This document shows, piece by piece, positions 57,149 to 63,309 of a stretch of DNA of 63,309 bases. Position 1 is the first letter of the stretch, and the number at the start of each line of letters is the position of its first letter. The DNA is taken from the IMG/VR virus record IMGVR_UViG_3300036846_000911, positions 1 to 63,309 of that record; one strand, 5' to 3'. The stretch comes from a virus. Taxonomy: Duplodnaviria > Caudoviricetes. The position numbers and the translations under genes were made by a program. The notes beneath the pieces were generated by a model. That model searched no databases and was not told where the DNA came from. It saw nothing but the letters and a program-made list of their open reading frames with translations.

Positions 57149-57835
57149 ATGACCACATCCCCGCGCCTGCGGTGTCCCTGCCAGCACCCCGCCGGGGTGG
57201 ACCCGGACACCGGCCGCTGCGACTGCGGACACGCTCCGGTCGCGCATCGCCGCAACGGACCCTGCGAAGTGCTGATCAGCCTGGACGACATCTACGCCCA
57301 GGTCCCCGACGTCGGCTGTCGCGGGAAATGCCAGAAGTCCTGCAACAACATCGCCATGTCCGGCGTTGAACGCGCCCAGGTCGCCGCCGCCGGCTACACC
57401 ATCCCGGCCCCGATTCCGATCGCCCTGCGCAGCACCGGCAACCAGATCGGCGGGCCGTGCCCGGCGTTGACGATATTCGGCACCTGCGCCGTCTATTCGG
57501 TGCGTCCCGGCGTGTGCCGTCTCTGGGGTGCCGTTGAATCGTTGCGCTGTTGGTACGGCTGCCAACCGGAAGGCGGTTTCATGTCGGAGGCGCGGGGAAT
57601 GGCGGTGTTGGAACAGCTCAACGCATTCGACGCCGGCCGACCCATCACCCCGAACGACGCCTACGCGATGTTCGCCCTGATCGATACACCGGCGGTACGG
57701 CCGCATTGGATGGCGATGCAGGCCACCATGAGCAATCCGCATTCGGCGACGCTGCGCGCGGATGCCCAGGAACAGTTCACCGAGGCGTTGACCCGTGCGC
57801 GCCGTAGGCAGGCGCGACAGCGGAGTACACCGTGA
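57149..57835 (+). CDS. YkgJ-family (CxxxCxxC...RPxxCR) cysteine-cluster protein
   Basis: CRGKCQKSC, CPAL...CAVYSVRPGVCRLWG, L.C..GC. Confidence 0.8.
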   Translation: MTTSPRLRCPCQHPAGVDPDTGRCDCGHAPVAHRRNGPCEVLISLDDIYAQVPDVGCRGKCQKSCNNIAMSGVERAQVAAAGYTIPAPIPIALRSTGNQIGGPCPALTIFGTCAVYSVRPGVCRLWGAVESLRCWYGCQPEGGFMSEARGMAVLEQLNAFDAGRPITPNDAYAMFALIDTPAVRPHWMAMQATMSNPHSATLRADAQEQFTEALTRARRRQARQRSTP

Positions 57836-58164
57836 CCGGCGACGACGAGATGCGGCGGCACCCGATCGGCGGCGATCCCGCCGCATACGCCAAAGCGTTG
57901 GGCCGAATCATGGAGGAAACCCCGGAGCTGAACAGGTGGCTGATGGTCGCCGGATTGTGGCCCGGACCCATTGTCGCCGTGGTGATCCTGTCCCTGGTCG
58001 GGATTCTCGGCTCAGGGGCAACGCTGGTGGGGCTCTGCTGCACCTGCGCCGGGCTCATCTTCTGCACCATTGTCGCCGACCGGAAAGCCCGCCGACTGGC
58101 GGATCTGCACTATGAGGCGCTGATGGCGATGCCCATGGAACGGCAGGACGACACCGATGAATAG
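57832..58164 (+). CDS. Membrane protein
   Basis: Two hydrophobic helices. Confidence 0.6.
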   Translation: MTGDDEMRRHPIGGDPAAYAKALGRIMEETPELNRWLMVAGLWPGPIVAVVILSLVGILGSGATLVGLCCTCAGLIFCTIVADRKARRLADLHYEALMAMPMERQDDTDE

Positions 58165-58618
58165 CGACACCCGCCAGGCGATGGACGCCCTCGCCCACTA
58201 CATCCTGACCGCCGCCGTCGAAGAAGACTGGGACAAGGTCCGGGACCTGTCAAACACCATTGTCGCGGCGATGCGTCGGATGCCCGAATACGACCCCGGC
58301 GACATCATCTTGAGCTGGGTCGACGAAACCGCGAGGGTCATGCGATGGGAGCGGGAACTGTTCGCCGACATCGACGGGATCATCTTCGCCAGCGCTATCG
58401 ACGGCCGGGACCTGGACGCCGATAACGAAGTGGCCGCACCGCAACGCTGGGCGGCCCGGATTGTTTTCGCCCGACTCACCCGCAACTTCGACAACTTCGC
58501 CGCGCTGCTCTCCGTGCTGCACGACCCGGAGAAGGGCAAATGGATCGACTGCCTGTTGTCGCTGCTGGCATCGACGATCCGGGACGGGATTCCCGGAGTG
58601 TTCGTCCTGCTCGACTGA
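58157..58618 (+). CDS. Hypothetical protein
   Basis: DAD.EV..PQRWAARIV.AR motif. Confidence 0.6.
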   Translation: MNSDTRQAMDALAHYILTAAVEEDWDKVRDLSNTIVAAMRRMPEYDPGDIILSWVDETARVMRWERELFADIDGIIFASAIDGRDLDADNEVAAPQRWAARIVFARLTRNFDNFAALLSVLHDPEKGKWIDCLLSLLASTIRDGIPGVFVLLD

Positions 58619-58665
58619 ACCAGGGTAGGGTGCCAGCATTTATCGGCGGCGGAAGGGGTTGCGCG

Positions 58666-59445
58666 GTGAACGCCGCATACGGGTATGACGGCCACGACAA
58701 CCTCGTCCCCACCGAGGCCGCGATCATCGACGAACTCGCCTGCCGGGTACTTCTCGGCGAACCGCTCGCCGCGATAGCCGGCGACCTCAACCGGCGGGGC
58801 GTCACCACGAAACTGGGCCGCAAATGGAGCGGCCCCACGATCCGGCTACTGCTGACCAACCCGCGTATCGCCGGGACCACCGAGGGCGCCAACCCCCGGA
58901 AGGTCCCGGCGATCATTTCAACGGAGACCCGGACGCGACTCATGGCGCTTTTCGCCGACCCAACGCGCCGCGCCAACACCGGCAGTCAGGGAATCCGACA
59001 CATGCTCACCGGCGGGGTGCTGCGGTGTTCGCTGTGCGGCACGGTGATGGTCTCCAAACTGGGCGCGGGCATGAAGTACAAGTGCGATACGAAAGCGCCC
59101 CGGCACGGCTGTGGACGCATCGTTGTCGCCGCCGCGAACCTGGAACTGGAGATCGCCGCGCAGATGCTCGCCAGGCTCACCCTGCCCGGCAGTCAGGAAG
59201 CCATTCTGAGCGCCCTGGCAGCTCGCCCAGAGGTGCCGTGCGCCGCCACGATGATTCGCTACTTCAAAGACTCTGACAGCCTCTCAGCGGGCCGCCTGGG
59301 GGCCTGGTGGGGTACCACCGATGTCGCCACCCGCCGGGCGCTGGTCGGGCTTCTCATTGAACGTGTCATCGTCTCCCCGGCGGTCAGCCTGGGCCGGCAG
59401 CAGCCGTCGCTGATCCGGGACCGGATCACCATTGCGTGGAGGTGA
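58666..59445 (+). CDS. Large serine recombinase-derived protein lacking the catalytic domain (recombinase + Zn-ribbon domains only)
   Basis: YGY..EA.II..., LNRRGV.T..G.KW..TIR.LL.NP.IAG, PAIIS, LTGGVLRCSLCG..M, YKC...GC; no Y.R.S resolvase domain upstream. Confidence 0.8.
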   Translation: MNAAYGYDGHDNLVPTEAAIIDELACRVLLGEPLAAIAGDLNRRGVTTKLGRKWSGPTIRLLLTNPRIAGTTEGANPRKVPAIISTETRTRLMALFADPTRRANTGSQGIRHMLTGGVLRCSLCGTVMVSKLGAGMKYKCDTKAPRHGCGRIVVAAANLELEIAAQMLARLTLPGSQEAILSALAARPEVPCAATMIRYFKDSDSLSAGRLGAWWGTTDVATRRALVGLLIERVIVSPAVSLGRQQPSLIRDRITIAWR

Positions 59446-59448
59446 AAC

Positions 59449-59484
59449 AAACCCCGCACCGGCAGGGAGCGCAGTGCGGGGTTT
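59449..59484. terminator. Bidirectional terminator-like hairpin
   Basis: AAACCCCGCAC / GTGCGGGGTTT between convergent genes. Confidence 0.6.
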
Positions 59485-59516
59485 GGGTACGGGGCGTCAA
59501 AGTTAGACCCCTCTAA

Positions 59517-59756
59517 CTAACGCGCACCCGCAGCGGACGCCACACGCACCCCCGCGTCGGCGCCCACACCAGATTCTACGATCTGGGCCAGGAATGCCTC
59601 CAGCGCCTCATCGGGCAACCGCCACTGGGAACCGCACTTCACCCCACCGGGGATCTCCCCGGTCCGCAGCTTCCGCGCCACGGTGACCGGCTGATATCCG
59701 ATGAGGGCACCCACCCGAGAAGTCGACAGCAGCATTCCAACCTCCACATCGTGCAC
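59517..59756 (-). CDS. Excisionase-like HTH_17 protein, divergent from integrase
   Basis: LLSTSRVGALIG...TV.RKLRTGEIPG.VKCGSQWRL. Confidence 0.75.
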   Translation of the reverse strand: MHDVEVGMLLSTSRVGALIGYQPVTVARKLRTGEIPGGVKCGSQWRLPDEALEAFLAQIVESGVGADAGVRVASAAGAR

Positions 59757-59852
59757 TTTTCACGAACCGGACATCCGGGCCGTTTCTGAACGAAACGTGA
59801 CTGTAACGGAAGTTCACGGGTTGTGACAAGCTAACTACTGCCCGTGAGTGGA

Positions 59853-60174
59853 TGTTGGCACGACACGACGACCGCGATCGATCCGAACGGAGATCCGGGG
59901 ATCGGGGCCGTGCAGGCGAACGGGGTGTTGACATCCTCCGTGTTGACGAAGTGTTGCCTGCCAACTAGTGTCAACATGCAGCGGACATAAGGGCCGCAAA
60001 ACGACACGACAAGAGTACCAAAAGGTACGTACTGAAGTACCTAAAACAACACTAGAACAGCATAAATGCAGGTCAAAGGGTTGGAACTATACGCATTCAA
60101 TCCCAGTATCGCCCACCGCTTTGACCTGCGGAAACGCGAAAATGGACGACAAGCTGCCAACACTGTTGTCAACA
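59853..60174. other. attP site: tRNA-Val-like 3' core with arm-type repeats
   Basis: Core TTCAATCCCAGTATCGCCCACC (60096-60117) resembles the T-loop/3' end of actinobacterial tRNA-Val; flanking IR GCAGGTCAAAG/CTTTGACCTGC; TG[T/C]CAAA-type TG[T/C]CAAC repeats on both sides (59853, 59926, 59941, 59959, 59969, 60155, 60167). Confidence 0.75.
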
Positions 60175-60233
60175 CCGTCACTGGCAGGTAGTGCAGCTCG
60201 TTGATCCCTGACGCCGGATGCAGGGAGAACAAA

Positions 60234-61613
60234 ATGGCAAGTATCGTGCGCCGATTCAACCCGATCGCCTTCCGCGTCGTGTGGCGCGAGAAGGGTCTGC
60301 CGGGGCAGCAGGGACGGACGTTCCACACCCTGCCGGAGGCGAACCTGTTCCTCAAACTCGTTCAGGGCGAGGGGCGCGGCAACGACCGGATGCCCCCCGA
60401 CGAGGTGCTGCGCCGCTACGGCCTACTGCCCACCGGGTCGGGCGTGAAGGTGGAGCACGAGCAGCGGGGCGACCAGGTGACTGTCGTTGAGGCGGTTCGC
60501 CGCTACGTGGACGAATACCTTGCCGGCAAGCCCGAGCGGACCCGGCCGGCGGAGCGCACCCTCAAGGAGTACCGCTCGCTGTACCGCAACTACATCCTGG
60601 ATTCGGTGCTGGGCCAGTTCGATGTGGCGAATGTCGATGGCGAGCAGATCGAGCAGTGGGCCACCGAACAGTCCGGTCGGCAGCGCCGGGATCGGCGGGT
60701 CGACGAATCGGGTGCGCCGGTCCTGCTCTCCGCCGTCTCCATCAACAAGGCGATGACACTGCTCTCCGCCATGTTCAAGTGGGCAATGATGGGCATCTCC
60801 GGTCCGCGCGGGACGGATGGGCGTCGGATTCCGCTGCGGCGAATGGGTGGCAACCCGACGCTGGAGGTGGAGCGCGTCAAGGTGCACAAGAACGAGGAAG
60901 ACGAGAAGGCGGTGCTGTTCAACATCGCCGAATACGAGGCTTTCCTGCGGGCCATCTACGTGGTCGATCCGACGTGGGCGGACATGGTGGCGGTGACCAT
61001 GTTCACCGGAAGCCGGTTCGGTGAAATCACCGCACTGCGGGTGGAGCAGGTCGATTTCGACCTGGAGGTAATCAACTTCGACCGCCGTATCTCGGCGGGC
61101 AAAGAAGAAGGCGGTACGAAAGGTTCCAAGCGCGCCCCGGAAACTTGGATCAAGCGCCGCGTCCGTGTCCCCCAGGCGGTGATGACGCTGCTGCGGGCTC
61201 GCTGCTTCACGGCGAATGGCCGCCGTAAGCCGGGAACCGATTTCGTGTTCGACGGACCGGAGTTTTCGACGAACAAGCGGTGGTCGCCGGCATCGGACAA
61301 CGACCGTTGGGTACGCCTGGAACCGATACTCGACCTGTTCGAGTTGAACCGGCACTTCCGCCACCACAACATGCGGCACAGCTACGTGACGTTCCTCCAG
61401 GATCACGGCATCCCCGAAGTGATGGTCGGATTCGCGGTCGGCCACCGGGGCAAGTCGATGTCGGTGACGGGTCGGATTTACACCCACGTCACGCCAGAAA
61501 TGTGGACGAAGATTGTCAACATCTGGACTCCAGTCACCCGAGAGTTGTTGCAGATTCGGGAAAAGGGCTACGCCGCGCTTTTTGAGCGCCGCCTGCTGAG
61601 TGTGGCGTCGTAG
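60234..61613 (+). CDS. int: Tyrosine integrase
   Basis: Catalytic set TGSRFGE (R), TKG (K), HNMRHS (HxxR), VGH, IYTH (Y). Confidence 0.95.
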   Translation: MASIVRRFNPIAFRVVWREKGLPGQQGRTFHTLPEANLFLKLVQGEGRGNDRMPPDEVLRRYGLLPTGSGVKVEHEQRGDQVTVVEAVRRYVDEYLAGKPERTRPAERTLKEYRSLYRNYILDSVLGQFDVANVDGEQIEQWATEQSGRQRRDRRVDESGAPVLLSAVSINKAMTLLSAMFKWAMMGISGPRGTDGRRIPLRRMGGNPTLEVERVKVHKNEEDEKAVLFNIAEYEAFLRAIYVVDPTWADMVAVTMFTGSRFGEITALRVEQVDFDLEVINFDRRISAGKEEGGTKGSKRAPETWIKRRVRVPQAVMTLLRARCFTANGRRKPGTDFVFDGPEFSTNKRWSPASDNDRWVRLEPILDLFELNRHFRHHNMRHSYVTFLQDHGIPEVMVGFAVGHRGKSMSVTGRIYTHVTPEMWTKIVNIWTPVTRELLQIREKGYAALFERRLLSVAS

Positions 61614-61640
61614 ACTGGGCGCACCCTTTCCGGCGGGTAG

Positions 61641-61678
61641 AGACCCGAGCGCATTTCGCAGATGCGCTCGGGTCTTTC
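61641..61678 (+). terminator. Hairpin after integrase
   Basis: AGACCCGAGCGCAT / ATGCGCTCGGGTCT then TT. Confidence 0.6.
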
Positions 61679-61746
61679 CGTATACGGGTCGCGCCCGTCA
61701 CCGGGGCGTCGTAGCCTCGTTGGGCTTCCACGGAAAGGGGTCAGTA

Positions 61747-62478
61747 GTGACGAAGCTCAATCAGATGATCGCCATCGGCAAGGGTGTCCGGACCGGGGCG
61801 CAGACGAAGTTCACCAAGGCGTACCACGAATTGCAGAAGACCAGCCCGATGTCCGGCATCGCCCGGACGTACCAGCCGAAGGACGATGAGGGCGATGCGC
61901 TTCCGCCGGAGTCGACGCGGGTGCAGTTCACCGCCCGCGACGTGCTCCACGATGTGGGCAAGGATCTGTCGCGGATGTTCGACGTGCAGATGACCCTGGA
62001 CGTCGCCAACACCGAGGCGCGGGCCGACGTCGAGATCGACGGGGAGACGCTGATCCACGACGTGCCGGTGTCGTTCCTGCTGTTCCTGGAAAAGCAGCTC
62101 ATCGACATTCAGACGCTGGTGGCGAAACTGCCGGTTCTGGACCCGGCGACGGCCTGGACGTTCTCGGCGACGGCGGGCAATTACGCCTCGGAGCCGGTGC
62201 AGACAACCCGGACGCAGAAGGTGCCGCGTAACCACCTGGTGGCCGCCGCGACGGAGAAGCACGCCGCGCAGGTGCAGGTGTACCACGAGGACATTATCGT
62301 CGGGACGTGGACGACGACGCGATTCTCTGGGGCGCTGCCGGCGACCGAGGTGCGCGCGATGTCGGAGCGGGTGACGAAGTTGCGCGAGGCGGTGAAGATG
62401 GCGCGGGAGAAGGCCAACTCCATCGACGTCGCGGACTGGACACCGGGTCCGGCGATTCTGACCTACCTGTTCGGGTAG
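61747..62478 (+). CDS. Conserved hypothetical protein of actinobacteria and phages (KLNQ.IA..KG...LPPESTRVQ...LLFLEKQL...FSGA family)
   Basis: Family I recall from Streptomyces-like genomes; helical/coiled-coil with beta hairpin; function unknown. Confidence 0.8.
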   Translation: MTKLNQMIAIGKGVRTGAQTKFTKAYHELQKTSPMSGIARTYQPKDDEGDALPPESTRVQFTARDVLHDVGKDLSRMFDVQMTLDVANTEARADVEIDGETLIHDVPVSFLLFLEKQLIDIQTLVAKLPVLDPATAWTFSATAGNYASEPVQTTRTQKVPRNHLVAAATEKHAAQVQVYHEDIIVGTWTTTRFSGALPATEVRAMSERVTKLREAVKMAREKANSIDVADWTPGPAILTYLFG

Positions 62479-62519
62479 GTCACACAGACTCCCCCGCCTC
62501 ATAGCGGGCGGGGGGCGCG

Positions 62520-62894
62520 GTCAGGGGCCGCGAAGCTCAAGCTGACATGGCATCAAGATGATGGGCACGCCCCTAAGCGGATGTGCATCGCGGGGCGGTT
62601 TCCCGTCAGATTCCTCTTATCGCTCAAGCTGAAAAGTTCGGAAATCCGCCAGATCGACCGGCCGTAGACAACATCGCCGAGATTCGAGTTCAAATCTCGA
62701 CTGAGCCTCCAAACATGGCTCGGTAGCTTAATGGCAGAGCGCGACGATTGATGAGATCTGATCCACGGTCTTAAATGTTCGCTGGTGGAAGTTATGACAT
62801 ACCGAGCGCCCGACAAGGTCTGGACTTGTAATCCACTCACCTATCAATGGGTTCACCTACAGACGCCCGCCGGCTGGACATGCCGGCGGGCGTC
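62520..62894 (+). ncRNA. Putative structured ncRNA with a circularly permuted tRNA-like domain (YrlA-like)
   Basis: T arm TCGAG-TTCAAAT-CTCGA (62684-62700), closed acceptor stem CTGAGCC/GGCTCGG (62701-62723), TA, D arm GCTT-AATGGCA-GAGC (62726-62740); bounded by hairpins near 62491 and 62862-62894; RNA ends are approximate. Confidence 0.75.
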
Positions 62895-62913
62895 GCCACG
62901 TCCGGGGGACGAT

Positions 62914-63180
62914 ATGGCGATGGAGCATGTGCAGGAGTTCGACGGCCTGGTCGGCAACTGGGACGGCAAGCTGTGGTCGGCGCGCGTGGACGGGCTTCCC
63001 GACGGGATGGTGGTCCGGTCGCAGGGGCACACCCTGGATGAGGCTGCCGCCAGGGCTACCGACGCGGTCGCCCTGGCGCTCGACGTGCCCATCGCCATGG
63101 TGCGGGTCACCCTGACGATCGCCGACTGGCAGGAGAGTGGCGGGTGGCGGCGGCGGCCGGGGCGTCACGCACGTCGGTGA
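62914..63180 (+). CDS. HicB-like domain protein
   Basis: WSARVDGLP...SQGHTLDEA...DAVALALDVP. Confidence 0.6.
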   Translation: MAMEHVQEFDGLVGNWDGKLWSARVDGLPDGMVVRSQGHTLDEAAARATDAVALALDVPIAMVRVTLTIADWQESGGWRRRPGRHARR

Positions 63181-63208
63181 GTGCGCTTTGCTCCCGAGTG
63201 GGGAGCAT

Positions 63209-63258
63209 GTTAGGAGAATCGGCCCTCACGTTAGGAGAATCGGCCCTCACGTTAGGAG
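63209..63258 (+). repeat. 21 bp tandem repeat (2.4 copies)
   Basis: GTTAGGAGAATCGGCCCTCAC x2 + GTTAGGAG. Confidence 0.9.
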
Positions 63259-63309
63259 CATTCGCGTTCTGCTGATGGTGAACAAACGGGCAAATAAATG
63301 GTAACTGGG

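Noticed and set aside
62684-62740. Canonical tRNA gene or tmRNA
   Set aside because: T arm precedes D arm, the acceptor stem is closed by a loop, and there is no anticodon loop or CCA end; I see no tag reading frame or G-U alanine determinant with CCA
62553-62840. 95 aa minus-strand ORF and the 5' extension of 62785..63180
   Set aside because: They overlap the structured RNA, have atypical codon usage and lack motifs

Overview
The window looks like a complete or near-complete (~63 kb, high-GC) temperate actinobacteriophage genome with siphovirus-type morphogenesis genes. It appears to be in excised/circularly permuted form, because an intact attP with a tRNA-Val-like 3' core lies beside a tyrosine integrase. 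The structural proteins resemble the mycobacteriophage cluster-B/Rosebush type (hexamer + pentamer capsid, Cys-rich tail proteins). They are scattered over both strands: terminase large (0.9-2.4 kb, +); capsid to tape measure to minor tail to two GH25 lysins (18.3-2.6 kb, -); major tail/adaptor/portal/protease (18.5-26.2 kb, +); a collagen fibre pair at 45-47 kb; a terminase-small-like gene at 47.5-48.1 kb. Most of these operons share a G6-7(A)GAAAGT-like upstream motif. The middle holds a 1.4 kb non-coding region (ATGACA iterons around an AT-rich core, two perfect palindromes), then a GATC-poor early-type gene array (DUF932, and further on an Ocr-like gene) in which successive genes are separated by copies of a conserved ~65 bp hairpin. 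The right arm has replication genes (exonuclease, SSB, primase-SF3 helicase, ParB-like), a serine recombinase lacking its catalytic domain, Xis/attP/Int, and a conserved hypothetical gene followed by a ~370 nt putative ncRNA containing a circularly permuted tRNA-like (YrlA-like) domain, with no Ro60 gene in view. The strongest candidates for undescribed biology are this protein+tRNA-mimic RNA locus, the hairpin-delimited gene array, and a duplication-born GH25/tail-domain chimera. All calls are from reading the sequence by eye; no database search was run.
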